In this document: positions 1 through 9,978 of the stretch, piece by piece
Numbering within the stretch: the first letter of the stretch is position 1
Layout: each line of letters starts with the position of its first letter
NCBI RefSeq assembly: GCF_000317615.1
Contig: NC_019780.1
Coordinates: forward strand, 3,604,722 to 3,636,721
Direction: 5' to 3'
Source: Dactylococcopsis salina PCC 8305
GTDB taxonomy: Bacteria; Cyanobacteriota; Cyanobacteriia; Cyanobacteriales; Rubidibacteraceae
Length of the DNA: 32,000 nt
Translations under genes and position numbers: made by a program
The notes under the pieces: generated by a model
Seen by the model: the letters and a program-made list of their open reading frames with translations, nothing else
Databases searched by the model: none
What the model was told of the DNA's origin: nothing

Positions 1-2681
1 TATACAAAACAGGAGACTTAGCCCGTTATCTCCCTGATGGAAACATCGAATATCTGGGCCGGGCTGACAATCAGGTGAAGATTCGTGGCTTTCGCATTGA
101 GACAGGAGAAGTAGAAGCCGCGATCGAGCAACATTCATATATTAAAAGCGCCGTTGTCATGGGAAGAGAAGATCGTCCTGGAGATAAACGGTTAGTTGCT
201 TATGTGATTCCTCAAACTCCAGAAGCGGGAGAAGAGGAGTTAACAGAAAATCAACTCAACAGTTGGGAAAATATCTTTGATAATCAAGGATATGCGGAAG
301 AGAAAGAAGTGGGCGATCCGCTTTTTAATACCGCCCTCTGGCGCAATAGCTATAATAATCAGCGTATCCCAGACGCACAAATGCGAACTTGGGCGAGTGA
401 TATTGTTCGTCAGATTCTCGCGAAACAACCACAACAGGTTTGGGAGATTGGAAGCGGGACGGGAATGTTACTGTTTCAAATTGCTTCCCACACACAATTT
501 TATTACGGCACTGACCTCTCAGAAGTTTCCATCGAATACACTCGACAGATTTTAGACCAATATCGAGAGGATTACAATGAGGTGAGATTAGCCCAGAAAC
601 CTGCGGATGATTTTAGTGGGGTAGAGAAGGGAAGTTATGATCTGGTGATTCTCAACTCGATCGCGCAATATTTCCCCAGTGTGGATTATTTGTTAGCAGT
701 GATTGAAGGGGCGATTCACTCAGTCAAGTCTGGGGGAGCAATTTTCTTGGGGGATATTCGATCGCAGTCTCTCCTAGAAGCCTTCCACACCTCAGTAGAA
801 TTATACAAAGCTCCGTCTTCTCTCTCCACTGCTGAACTTCAAAAGCGCATCCAGAAGAAGATTCAACAGGAAAAAGAGTTATCCATCGCCCCAGAGTTTT
901 TCATCGCCCTCAAAAGCCATTATCCTGAGATTACCGAAGTCCAAATCCGTTTGGAAAGAGGAAAGCAAGCCAACGAATTAAATAAATATCGCTATCATGT
1001 CTGGCTGTATGTGGGAGACTCTTCGCAACGGATCATTACTCCTCCTGTGGTGGAAGGAAAGGAGATGACTGCAGCAGAAATTAAGGGGTATCTTCAAGAG
1101 AATCATCCTGATCAGGTTTGTTTTACTAATCTTCCTAACCAACGAACGATCGCGGATGCGGAAACGATTAAAGCCTTACAACGGGCTGATGTGGAAACTG
1201 TTGAACAGTTGCGAGAATTACCAAGAGAGAGAAGCGCGATCGAGCCAGAAGCCTTACATGAGATCAGCGCTGAGTTAGGGTATAAATTAGAATTATGCTG
1301 GTCGCCCAACAGTAAAGAGGGAAGTTATGACGCAGCGTTTGTCCGAGAAGAGCAACAGGGAATCATCTTAACTCCTCTCACCCAAAGCACGCGATCGGGT
1401 GGTAACTGGATGCGCTATGTCGGTGATCCTCTGACCTCGCAAATCGCCACAGAAATCGCCCCGCAACTGAGAAAACATTGTAGCGAAAAACTCCCTGCTT
1501 ACATGGTTCCCACTGCGTTTGTGGTGTTAGAATCTTTTCCGCTTACCCCTAATGGAAAGGTGAATCGTCGCGCCTTACCCGCCCCAGATTTATCTAGTTT
1601 TGCACAAGAAAACGAATATATCCCACCGCGCGATCGCGCAGAAGAAACCTTAGCAAATATCTGGTCAGAGATTCTCAATCTCCCAAAAATCGGGGTTCAC
1701 GACGACTTTTTCGACTTAGGCGGTCATTCCCTGTTAGCGATTGTTTTAATGAGTAAAATTGAACAAGAATTTGGGAAACAACTTCCTTTATCGACCTTAT
1801 TAAGTAATCGCTCGATCGCTGCTTTAGCCCAAAAAATCGAAGGAAATCAAGAAGCGCATTCATCCTCTTTAGTTCCCATTCAAATAAAAGGAACGCAACC
1901 GCCTTTTTTCTGTGTTCATCCCGCAGGTGGTCACGTGCTTTGCTACACTGATTTAGCCAAATATTTAGGGAATAATCAGCCAGTTTATGGACTACAAGCG
2001 CCAGGGTTTAATGAAGGGGAAAAAATCCTCGATCGCGTTGAAGACATGGCGCACTTTTACATAGAAACTATCAAAGAATTTCAAGCAGAGGGCCCCTATA
2101 AAATTGGCGGTTGGTCATTCGGTGGCGTGGTGGCTTATGAAATGGCGCAACAACTTCTCAAACGAGGAGAAGAAGTAGAATTATTAGCAGTTATGGACGC
2201 TTGGACTCCCATTTTATTAGACCCAAATAAAGAAATAGATGGGGTTTATTTAGGAGGGGTTCTCAATCGTTATTTCGGGGGGATTTTTGGGGGAATTAAT
2301 CTCGTTAGTCCGCAAGAATTAGAGGGATTAAATGCCGAAGAAAGAGTTGAGTTAATCCTTGATAAAGCTGAGGAGAAAAACTTATTCCCTCCCGACTCCG
2401 ATCGCGCCCAGAATCGGCGTTTTGTGGATGTTATCGTGGGAACATTAAAAGCAACCTATCACTATCAACCGCAACATTATCCAGGAAAAGTTACTCTTCT
2501 GCGGCCACAAGAAAGACATTATCACGAACCCGATCCGCAATTAGTCTGGGTGGAATTATACGCCATTATGGATGCAGCAGAAATTGATTTAATTTCTGTC
2601 CCAGGCAGTCATTTCTCTTTCATAAAAGAACCCAATTGTCAACAAACCGCCGAACAATTAGCCACCCGTTTACACCGATAA
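1..2681 (+). CDS. Non-ribosomal peptide synthetase, C-terminal part of the terminal module (A-domain C-half with embedded methyltransferase, PCP, thioesterase); 5' end lies outside the window
   Basis: The frame is open from nt 3: [33 protein letters not shown] (A-domain core motifs). A ~400 aa insert carries SAM motif [12 protein letters not shown]. Then A9/A10 LPAYMVP...[23 protein letters not shown] and TE GGWSFGG. Stop at 2679-2681. Confidence 0.9.
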   Translation, partial: YKTGDLARYLPDGNIEYLGRADNQVKIRGFRIETGEVEAAIEQHSYIKSAVVMGREDRPGDKRLVAYVIPQTPEAGEEELTENQLNSWENIFDNQGYAEEKEVGDPLFNTALWRNSYNNQRIPDAQMRTWASDIVRQILAKQPQQVWEIGSGTGMLLFQIASHTQFYYGTDLSEVSIEYTRQILDQYREDYNEVRLAQKPADDFSGVEKGSYDLVILNSIAQYFPSVDYLLAVIEGAIHSVKSGGAIFLGDIRSQSLLEAFHTSVELYKAPSSLSTAELQKRIQKKIQQEKELSIAPEFFIALKSHYPEITEVQIRLERGKQANELNKYRYHVWLYVGDSSQRIITPPVVEGKEMTAAEIKGYLQENHPDQVCFTNLPNQRTIADAETIKALQRADVETVEQLRELPRERSAIEPEALHEISAELGYKLELCWSPNSKEGSYDAAFVREEQQGIILTPLTQSTRSGGNWMRYVGDPLTSQIATEIAPQLRKHCSEKLPAYMVPTAFVVLESFPLTPNGKVNRRALPAPDLSSFAQENEYIPPRDRAEETLANIWSEILNLPKIGVHDDFFDLGGHSLLAIVLMSKIEQEFGKQLPLSTLLSNRSIAALAQKIEGNQEAHSSSLVPIQIKGTQPPFFCVHPAGGHVLCYTDLAKYLGNNQPVYGLQAPGFNEGEKILDRVEDMAHFYIETIKEFQAEGPYKIGGWSFGGVVAYEMAQQLLKRGEEVELLAVMDAWTPILLDPNKEIDGVYLGGVLNRYFGGIFGGINLVSPQELEGLNAEERVELILDKAEEKNLFPPDSDRAQNRRFVDVIVGTLKATYHYQPQHYPGKVTLLRPQERHYHEPDPQLVWVELYAIMDAAEIDLISVPGSHFSFIKEPNCQQTAEQLATRLHR

Positions 2682-2691
2682 ATCTTATGTA

Positions 2692-2860
2692 GGGTGGGCA
2701 TCGCCCACCACATCAGACGAAACTCTCAATGTTTGCTTAATCCCCCCTTCATAAGGGGGGGAAAACGCATCGCCCACCACATCAGACGAAACTCTAAATG
2801 TTTGCTTGATCCCCCCTATCCCCCCTTATTAAGGGGGGGGAAATGCACCGCCCACCCGAT
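2692..2860. repeat. Two copies plus a partial third of a ~69-bp direct repeat, each with GGTGGGC/GCCCACC and CCCCCC..GGGGGG hairpins
   Basis: catcgcccaccacatcagacgaaactct(c/a)aatgtttgctt(a/g)atcccccc occurs at 2699 and 2768. A partial gcaccgcccacc occurs at ~2845. Confidence 0.8.
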
Positions 2861-2948
2861 AGAAATTAACAAAACTTTACATTATTCTGAAATTCGGATA
2901 AGATACTAACTGAAATCATGATCATCTCAACCAAAATTTGTTAGAAAA

Positions 2949-3974
2949 ATGGAAGCAAAAAATAAAATTTTTAGTATTATTCAAGGATTCTGGGGAAGCC
3001 AATGTTTATACATTGCAACCTGTTTAGGAATCCCCAATCTTTTGGAAGAATATGGCGCTCAAAGTGTCGAATCTTTAGCAGAAAAAACTGAAACTCATAC
3101 AGAAACACTTTATGTGGTTTTAAGAGGATTAGCGCATCTAGAGATTTTAGAAGAAAAGCCCGATCGCGTTTTCGCCCCCACAGAAGCGTCTTCTCTCCTT
3201 GTTACTAACGCCGGCCCCTCCATTGGACATTTCGCCCTCCATATCACCGAACCCTGTCAGTGGGATGGCTGGAAAGAACTCTATGACGCAGTTCACACGG
3301 GAGAAGTCGCTTTTGAACGGGCAAACGGCAAAGGAGTCTATGAGTTTACTCGTGATAACCCTTGGAGTGGGGATGTGTTTATTAACGCCATGAGTTTTCT
3401 CACGGATCATGCCACAGAAGCACTGATGGCAGTGTATGATTTTGGTCAGTATGAGACAGTTATGGATGTCGGCGGTGGTCAAGGAGGATTAATCGCAGAG
3501 ATTGTTAAAACCTACAATTGTAAAGGAATGTTGTTTGATGTTCCTTATGTCATCGAAACCGCCCCCAGTTTCTTAGAATCGAGAGGTGTTCCCAAAGACG
3601 CGATCGCGCTTCACACTGGAGATGTGTTTGAAAAAGTTCCTACTGGTGCTGATGCGATCGTGATGAAATACTTTTTATCCGCTTGGAATGATGAAGATGC
3701 GGGAAAAATCCTCGCCCGTTGTCGGGAAGCACTCCCCGATCATGGGAAGATTGTCTTATTGCAAAGCATTGTCCCTGATGTCGGAGAGCCAACAGTTTGT
3801 CCTGATGGTATCATGCCAGGCTTATTTGCGGTACAGATTCGCAGCGCGGTTCCAGGTGGGGTGTGGCGTACCCTGAAGCAGTATCAAGAGATATTTGCCA
3901 ATAGTGGCTTTAAGCTCGATCGCGTGGTTCATACTAGCACGAATCTTTCAGCAATGGAATTTAGTTTGGCATAA
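2949..3974 (+). CDS. SAM-dependent O-methyltransferase (family-2 OMT with N-terminal dimerisation/winged-helix part)
   Basis: 341 aa ORF with SAM-binding motif VMDVGGGQGGLIAEIV and the typical OMT2 length and layout. It lies directly downstream of the NRPS. Confidence 0.85.
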   Translation: MEAKNKIFSIIQGFWGSQCLYIATCLGIPNLLEEYGAQSVESLAEKTETHTETLYVVLRGLAHLEILEEKPDRVFAPTEASSLLVTNAGPSIGHFALHITEPCQWDGWKELYDAVHTGEVAFERANGKGVYEFTRDNPWSGDVFINAMSFLTDHATEALMAVYDFGQYETVMDVGGGQGGLIAEIVKTYNCKGMLFDVPYVIETAPSFLESRGVPKDAIALHTGDVFEKVPTGADAIVMKYFLSAWNDEDAGKILARCREALPDHGKIVLLQSIVPDVGEPTVCPDGIMPGLFAVQIRSAVPGGVWRTLKQYQEIFANSGFKLDRVVHTSTNLSAMEFSLA

Positions 3975-4067
3975 GTTCCTTTTCCTCCTCCCCACCTCCA
4001 CCATGATTTCAGTGATCCCCCCTAACCTATCTTAAACAAGGGGGGAAAGAGGGGGGTGGTGAGGGGA

Positions 4068-5003
4068 TTAAAGAGAGGATAAAATCTCATCATCAACCGA
4101 GAAATCAATCTCAGCCTCGTGACGATTTTGGACTAAATAATCTTTTTCAAAAGACTCTTTGAGACCACTAATTAAATCATATTGCGGTTGCCACTGTAAA
4201 TCGGTTTTTGCCTTACTAATATCTGCAAAAAAATGTTGCATTCTTAAAGGAAAGGGTTTCTTTTTCCCAAAGTCAAAGTCTTTCGGATTATAGTGAACTA
4301 ACTTGAGATCATCAGGAGACTTTCCGATCGCTTTCGCACAAGCGCGAGCAATACCATTAAAAGTAACATAACGCTCTCCTGAGATATTATAAACCTGTCC
4401 GATCGCGTTTTTATTGCCTAAAATAGAAGCCATTGCATAGGCTAAATCTTGGACATGACTGAGTTGGGTAATATGTTCCCCATGTCCAGGAATAGGAACA
4501 GCGCGATCGCGCACAATGCGATCAAAAAACCAAGCCTCTAAATCATTATAATTCCCTGCGCCATAAATATAAACAGGACGAACCGAAGTCCAAGGCATTC
4601 CCATTTCACTCAAATAAGTTTCCGTATCATGCTTTCCCTTATGGCGACTTTTCGGGTCGATCGCATCAGCTTCATAATGAGGCATTTGATCGGATTTTAA
4701 GTAAACACCCGCCGAACTCACATAAACAAAATGTTGAATTTTATCTTTGAATAATTCCACTAAAGGCTGAGTGTCGCTTAACTCTCGTCCATTATTATCA
4801 AAAATAGCATCAAAAGTTTCTGTTGCTAACTTTTCCTTTAATTGATCCGCGTCTTTTCGATCGCCATTAATCGTTTTCACCCCTTCCACAGGAGAGGGAT
4901 TATTACCGCGATTAAATAGCGTTATTTTATGTCCTTGTTCCACTAAAATTTTCGTCAAAGCAACGCCAATAAAGCGAGTACCACCCATTATTAAAATTTT
5001 CAT
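4068..5003 (-). CDS. NAD-dependent epimerase/dehydratase family protein (CSP41-like SDR)
   Basis: 311 aa with N-terminal Rossmann motif MKILIMGGTRFIGVAL and the YxxxK-type extended SDR layout. Confidence 0.85.
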   Translation of the reverse strand: MKILIMGGTRFIGVALTKILVEQGHKITLFNRGNNPSPVEGVKTINGDRKDADQLKEKLATETFDAIFDNNGRELSDTQPLVELFKDKIQHFVYVSSAGVYLKSDQMPHYEADAIDPKSRHKGKHDTETYLSEMGMPWTSVRPVYIYGAGNYNDLEAWFFDRIVRDRAVPIPGHGEHITQLSHVQDLAYAMASILGNKNAIGQVYNISGERYVTFNGIARACAKAIGKSPDDLKLVHYNPKDFDFGKKKPFPLRMQHFFADISKAKTDLQWQPQYDLISGLKESFEKDYLVQNRHEAEIDFSVDDEILSSL

Positions 5004-5200
5004 TACAATTTCTCCTAGATGCGATCGGATAATCTTTTATTGTCTCATGCCTTAATCTTTCCTTGAAACAGAACTTTGGGAAAATTCTTAAAATTAATCC
5101 AATAAATCATCTACAGCCTGTTGTTTCCCCTCCTCTGGTAACAAATCAAAAATCTTTTTGACCAATTCGGGAGAAGCATTAGAAACCTTGTCCTGCCATT

Positions 5201-5701
5201 TTATACTCCTAACTCTTCTCTTACTTTTTCATGTTCTAGGTAAAGATTGAGAGAAACTTTTTCTTCTGGTGTATGGCGCGATTTTGCTACAATCATCGGT
5301 TCTGTTTGATAGACAAAATCCAGTAATTCAGCAATTTTCTGGGAATTTAATCCCGCCCATTCTTTCTGAATATTTCTCAACATTAACTCTAACCTTTTAG
5401 AAAACCCTAAATGTTTAATTTCAGGACAGTTTTCTGTTGGCTGAATCACTACTGCATTCCCTAGTTTGCTTTGTGTTAAAACCTCATTTTGATAGAATCC
5501 ATCTAAAGCTAGATCAATCTCCTCATTCCAGGGACCATACTGGTAATAAAGCCAATCTAAATCAGTCAGTTGTTTTTCTGTCCATTTCACCGCAGCCAAG
5601 TCAGCAAGATACAGAAACTTCACCAACTGGGTTTTCGTAATATACCCCTTGGTTTTACGCACAAAAAAGACGATTAGTTTTTCCAACATGGACAGATTCA
5701 T
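5201..5701 (-). CDS. Panacea (DUF4065, SocA/PanA-like) domain protein, antitoxin-like
   Basis: 166 aa. ITKTQLVKFLYLADLAAVKW...WLYYQYGPW matches the DUF4065 pattern (KLxKLLYxAD ... GPV/W). Confidence 0.7.
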   Translation of the reverse strand: MNLSMLEKLIVFFVRKTKGYITKTQLVKFLYLADLAAVKWTEKQLTDLDWLYYQYGPWNEEIDLALDGFYQNEVLTQSKLGNAVVIQPTENCPEIKHLGFSKRLELMLRNIQKEWAGLNSQKIAELLDFVYQTEPMIVAKSRHTPEEKVSLNLYLEHEKVREELGV

Positions 5702-5881
5702 AAGCGCCCATCTTAACTTTTAACTCAATTTTACACTAGACCACCCACCGTAAAATTTAGCAAGTTCTTTAACAAGTGTAACGGCTGATTTAAAGGCGAC
5801 CACAAAAGAACTTTGTAACAATTATTAGTGGGGGATCAGAGATTTTAATGAGATAATAGAAGAGAAATCGGAAATAATTTA

Positions 5882-6376
5882 TTGATGAATATGACTTTTG
5901 TCTATCAATGGTTACAGCCTTCGCAGTTTTTACTCACCCTACTGACAACCTTAGCACTCCTTACGCTACCGATGTTTTCCGTCATCGCTAGACCGATCGA
6001 GATGATGAAAAATAATCAATCCACCTTTCAGGAAGGAACGTATATTTATGGTCAGTCACCCCAACCTAACGAAATTGGTAACGAGTATGTTGTGTTTGAG
6101 GTGACAGATGGAAAACTCGTCGGGGTTTTGTATATGCCTCACTCCGAGTTTAGCTGTTTTGAAGGAGAAATCAAAGGAGATGAACTAGATTTAATTGTCG
6201 ATCATCCCTACGACGACACCACCAATCGCTACTCGATCGCCCTCGAATCCGTTTCTCCTGTGGCTAGTCGTGACGAGACGATGAAAACCCCCTTAACCCT
6301 CAAAGGATATCATCCCCTCGAAGAACTCAGCCCTAATGATGAGCGAATGTTAGCCCATTGTCAAACAGCATTCTAA
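5882..6376 (+). CDS. Hypothetical secreted protein (N-terminal hydrophobic signal-like segment)
   Basis: 164 aa ORF. The likely ATG start is 5885 or 5891. The hydrophobic segment is LLTLLTTLALLTLPMFSVIA. I recognise no family. Confidence 0.55.
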   Translation: MMNMTFVYQWLQPSQFLLTLLTTLALLTLPMFSVIARPIEMMKNNQSTFQEGTYIYGQSPQPNEIGNEYVVFEVTDGKLVGVLYMPHSEFSCFEGEIKGDELDLIVDHPYDDTTNRYSIALESVSPVASRDETMKTPLTLKGYHPLEELSPNDERMLAHCQTAF

Positions 6377-6805
6377 TTCCCCCAGAATTGGGGGTTAGGG
6401 GGCAAAATTCCCCCAGAATTGTGAATGAGGAGACAAGATTCCCCCAGAATTGGGGGTTAGGGGGCAAAATTCCCCCAGAATTGTGAATGAGGAGACAAGA
6501 TTCCCCCAGAATTGGGGGTTAGGGGGCAAAATTCCCCCAGAATTGTGAATGAGGAGACAAGATTCCCCCAGAATTGGGGGTTAGGGGGCAAAATTCCCCC
6601 AGAATTGTGAATGAGGAGACAAGATTCCCCCAGAATTGGGGGTTAGGGGGCAAAATTCCCCCAGAATTGTGAATGAGGAGACAAGATTCCCCCAGAATTG
6701 GGGGTTAGGGGGCAAAATTCCCCCAGAATTGTGAATGAGGAGACAAGATTCCCCCAAAATTGGGGGTTAGGGGGCAAAATTCCCCCAGAATTGGGGGTTA
6801 GAGAG
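6377..6805. repeat. Near-perfect tandem array, 62-bp unit x ~6.9
   Basis: Unit ttcccccagaattgggggttagggggcaaaattcccccagaattgtgaatgaggagacaaga starts at 6377, 6439, 6501, 6563, 6625, 6687 and 6749. The last copy has one substitution and is followed by a partial unit. Confidence 0.95.
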
Positions 6806-6890
6806 TAAACAGAAACTTATTTACAATTGCTAGAGATTAAGTCCCCACAACATGGGAAAATAGAATTGATATGAAAAGCAATTTAGACTA

Positions 6891-7439
6891 ATGTTTAGAG
6901 CAACCTTTGCCCTTATTTTTTTAGTATTGAATCTTACCCTCTTTGGCTGTAGCACTCCCACCAGTGGACTCCAAGCATACACCAATGGGACAGAAGGATA
7001 CAAATTTCTCTATCCCAACGGTTGGCAGGAAGTGAAAGTAGATAACAACACCGCAGGCGTTGATGTGGTCTTTCGGGATTTAGTGGAACAAACCGAGAAT
7101 ATTAGCGTTGTCATTAATCAAGTGGGAGAAGATAGACAACTCACCGATTTGGGAACACCCTCAGAAGTCGGTCAACGTTTGAAAAATACGATCGCGCCCC
7201 CCAATTCCGATCGTCAAGGAGAATTAATTCGCGCGGATGAATTGGAAAAAAAAGGACAAACCTACTACCTCCTCGAATACCAAGTCACCTTCCCCGATAA
7301 TCGAAAACGCCATAACATGGCAAGTGTCGCCGTCAGTCGGGGGAAACTATACACTTTTAGCATTTCTACGCCTCAACGTCGTTGGGAAGGGTTATCTGAT
7401 CGATTTAACACCATCGCTGATTCCTTTGAAGTGAGTTAA
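6891..7439 (+). CDS. psbP: PsbP-like lipoprotein CyanoP
   Basis: Lipobox LTLFGC and the PsbP-family signature EGYKFLYPNGWQEVKV...VVFRD...ENISVVI. 182 aa. Confidence 0.88.
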   Translation: MFRATFALIFLVLNLTLFGCSTPTSGLQAYTNGTEGYKFLYPNGWQEVKVDNNTAGVDVVFRDLVEQTENISVVINQVGEDRQLTDLGTPSEVGQRLKNTIAPPNSDRQGELIRADELEKKGQTYYLLEYQVTFPDNRKRHNMASVAVSRGKLYTFSISTPQRRWEGLSDRFNTIADSFEVS

Positions 7440-7457
7440 AAAGATAAGTTCAAGATC

Positions 7458-8045
7458 ATGGAATTAGTCCTTGCTTCCGCGTCTCCTGCTCGTTTACGAT
7501 TATTACGTCGTGTTGGTATTGAACCGATCGTTCAAAAAAGTGGTTTTGATGAATCACAAGTCAAAACCCGTGATCCGAAAACGCTGGTGACAGAATTGGC
7601 AACCGCCAAAGCGCAAACCGTCGCCCCAAAATTTCCAGATCATCTTATTTTGGGATGCGATTCCGTGATGGTGGTGGCAGGAGAAATTTATGGGAAACCA
7701 GAAAACGAAGCCAATGCGATCGCCCTTTGGCAACAAATGCGAGGAAAACAGGGAACACTTTACACGGGACACACCCTCATTGATTCCATTCAAAATCAGC
7801 AACGAGTGCGCTGTGGTATCACGACGGTTTATTTAAGCTCGATCGACGATCGCGCTATTGCCGATTATGTCGCCACAGGAGAACCGCTTAACTGTGCGGG
7901 GGGATTTGCCCTCGAAGGTCGTGGGGGGCTATTCGTGGAGAAAATAGAAGGGTGTCACAGTAATGTTGTCGGGTTGAGTCTCCCTTTATTTCGTCAGATG
8001 TTAGAGGAGTTGGGTTACAAAGTCAGTGATTTCTGGAAACATTAA
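7458..8045 (+). CDS. maf: Maf-like nucleoside triphosphate pyrophosphatase
   Basis: [15 protein letters not shown]-terminus, GCDSVM, 195 aa. Confidence 0.9.
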   Translation: MELVLASASPARLRLLRRVGIEPIVQKSGFDESQVKTRDPKTLVTELATAKAQTVAPKFPDHLILGCDSVMVVAGEIYGKPENEANAIALWQQMRGKQGTLYTGHTLIDSIQNQQRVRCGITTVYLSSIDDRAIADYVATGEPLNCAGGFALEGRGGLFVEKIEGCHSNVVGLSLPLFRQMLEELGYKVSDFWKH

Positions 8046-8302
8046 TTAGCCTTTGCTGTTGGGAAGCTGAAAGTTTTGCCAAATAAGGATTTGAGGCGAT
8101 TAAGATATGAGTAAAAATGCAAGTTCATTGATTGTTCAATCGTCACGCACCTTGCATCAAAACCTTCCCCTCCTACCGATCAATCAACCCTATAGAAGCG
8201 CGGGCAACTTGCCTTTTGCCTTTTGCATGCAAGCCTCTTGCCTAAGGCAACTTGCCTCTTGCCTTACTAAACCAACCAATGGACTTTTTCAGGAGGCACT
8301 AA

Positions 8303-9373
8303 TTAGCCTTGGGAGAGAGATTGAGAAAGCGTATCCGCCGCCACCTCCACCAGCGCGATCGCATTTTCATAAAGCATCCGCGTCGGTCCGACCAACCCTA
8401 AACTCCCCGCGGGAGATTCTCCTTGATAATAATTCGCTGACACTAAACTACAAGTTTGCATCGGTTCTAGGGGGTTTTCTGAGCCAATTTTTACCGTTAC
8501 CCCCCCTTCTACCACATTACAAATCACAGAACGTAATTGATCTTGTTCAGCTTCTAAGAGATGTAACAAAGTTTGAACCTGTTGGAGTTGGGAAAATTCG
8601 GGTTGTTGCAATACTTGAGAGATGCCGCGCACTAAAATCTGAGACGAAGCGCCACTTTGACAGCGTTGCAGCACTTGTTGGCAAATCTCTTCTAAAAACT
8701 CCCCGTCTTGTTTCCATTCTTGTTCTAAATCCCTTGCTTTCAGGGTTGCTAACTCCGACAGCGATCGACCTTGTAGCTTCTGGTTCAGAAAATTAGATAA
8801 TAAATCTAACTCTTGTTCAATGTCTTCTCCCGCTTCCAGTTTTTCTGTAATTCTTCTCGGTGGATCAATTAATCCCGACTGAGTTTGATAAGAATCGGTA
8901 ATAATAATCAGCATGATCCGCCGATTCTCTAGGGGAACTAATTGTAAATGACGCAAATAAGACGTTTGTTGTTGGGGAAACGTAATTAACGCAATGTAAC
9001 CACTAAGCGTCGCTAACAGTTGCGCCACCCCATATAACAGCGCCTCTAAACTTCCCACTTCCTCCTTGATCGCCTGACTTAAAAGCTGATCCAATTGTTC
9101 TCTTAAAGCGCGATCGGGGAGCATGATCTGATCAACATAAGTACGATATCCCCAGTCAGAAGGAATGCGTCCGGCAGACGTATGAGGTTGATACAGTAAG
9201 CCCGCTTTTTCCAACCATCCCATCGCATTACGGACAGTTGCCGAACTTACCGTAAGATTATATTCATTGACCAAAGTTTTAGAACTCACCGGTTCTGCTG
9301 TGGCAACATATTTATGGATAGTTGCCGACAGAATGTTTTGATGACGTTCTTTTAGTCGCATGGTTTTAGACAT
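8303..9373 (-). CDS. hrcA: Heat-inducible transcription repressor HrcA
   Basis: RHQNILSATIHKYVATAEPVSSKTLV...VSSATVRNAMGWLEKAGLL...HTSAGRIPSDWGYRTYVD is typical of HrcA. 356 aa. Confidence 0.92.
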   Translation of the reverse strand: MSKTMRLKERHQNILSATIHKYVATAEPVSSKTLVNEYNLTVSSATVRNAMGWLEKAGLLYQPHTSAGRIPSDWGYRTYVDQIMLPDRALREQLDQLLSQAIKEEVGSLEALLYGVAQLLATLSGYIALITFPQQQTSYLRHLQLVPLENRRIMLIIITDSYQTQSGLIDPPRRITEKLEAGEDIEQELDLLSNFLNQKLQGRSLSELATLKARDLEQEWKQDGEFLEEICQQVLQRCQSGASSQILVRGISQVLQQPEFSQLQQVQTLLHLLEAEQDQLRSVICNVVEGGVTVKIGSENPLEPMQTCSLVSANYYQGESPAGSLGLVGPTRMLYENAIALVEVAADTLSQSLSQG

Positions 9374-9382
9374 GATGACAGT

Positions 9383-9733
9383 TTAATAGCGGGGTATTGA
9401 GGAATCAATGGTGAGAGAATAAGCATCAATCCCACCCTGAATATTCTTTACAGTTTTAAATCCCTGTTGGTTTAACCAATAACACATTTGCGCGGAACGG
9501 ATGCCGTGATGACAGAGAACATAGGTTTCCTTTTCTGGATCAAGGTGTTGGTAAATTTGAGGCGCCCATTGTTCATGTTGACTGAGAGGAAGATTGGTAA
9601 AGCCCTCGATCGCGCTGATTTCTAATTCTGAAGGTTCTCTCACATCTACTAATTGTAAGTTATCTTTGCCTTGAGTTTGGAGCGCGTTCGCCAGTTCTTC
9701 CACAGAAACTTGTTGAAAAGGAGTGTTAGCCAT
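9383..9733 (-). CDS. Rhodanese-like single-domain sulfurtransferase
   Basis: 116 aa with active-site loop CHHGIRS. It sits 9 nt upstream of hrcA on the same strand. Confidence 0.85.
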   Translation of the reverse strand: MANTPFQQVSVEELANALQTQGKDNLQLVDVREPSELEISAIEGFTNLPLSQHEQWAPQIYQHLDPEKETYVLCHHGIRSAQMCYWLNQQGFKTVKNIQGGIDAYSLTIDSSIPRY

Positions 9734-9885
9734 CTTGAATCAATTTAAACGGAACTTCTCCTTCCATCTTAAAGTAGCGGTGTAGGTTCGGTGAAACCCA
9801 ACAGGTGTAGGTTGGGTGGAGGACACGAAACCCAACATAAATTAGTCATTAGGTAGAGACGTTCCATACTTCGACAAGCTCAGTA

Positions 9886-9978
9886 ATATCAGGTTCGGGT
9901 AATTGTTTACAATTGGTGTTGGGTTTCGCTTCGCTACACCCAACCTACTTTTTATCATTGATTGAGCGAACCTGATAT
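9886..9978. mobile_element. MITE-like element with 12-bp terminal inverted repeats ATATCAGGTTCG / CGAACCTGATAT
   Basis: Perfect TIRs at 9886-9897 and 9967-9978. The interior carries the GTTGGGTTTCG...ACCCAACCTAC hairpin. There is no ORF. Confidence 0.6.

Noticed and set aside
2694-2909. 71-aa ORF downstream of the NRPS
   Set aside because: It is translated from the 69-bp direct repeats (the duplicated peptide IAHHIRRNS.CLL.PP). It is a repeat artefact.
1-3974. Mycosporine-like amino acid cluster (NRPS-like enzyme plus O-methyltransferase)
   Set aside because: The OMT is a 341-aa family-2 enzyme, not the ~280-aa catechol-OMT type. The NRPS carries an embedded MT and a full A8-A10 architecture. 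No DDGS/EVS or ATP-grasp gene is visible.
5098-5206. Small ORF overlapping the Panacea gene stop (…ELVKKIFDLLPEEGKQQAVDDLLD*)
   Set aside because: The frame is closed by TGA upstream and contains no ATG or GTG. Only an internal TTG would give 23 aa. It is mentioned under the Panacea finding but not called as a gene.
6390-6400. TTAGGG telomere-like hexamer inside the tandem array
   Set aside because: It occurs once per unit as part of GGGGGTTAGGGGG. It is not a TTAGGG tandem and has no biological link in a bacterial chromosome.
6377-6805. Possible CRISPR array (15-bp attcccccagaattg recurring every 31 bp)
   Set aside because: The intervening spacers are only two sequences alternating identically. 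The repeat is too short and no cas genes or leader are present. It is a 62-bp minisatellite.
8107-8796. 229-aa ORF on the plus strand
   Set aside because: It lies almost entirely antisense to the well-supported hrcA gene, has low-complexity P/S/L-rich composition and no recognisable family. It is probably a shadow ORF.
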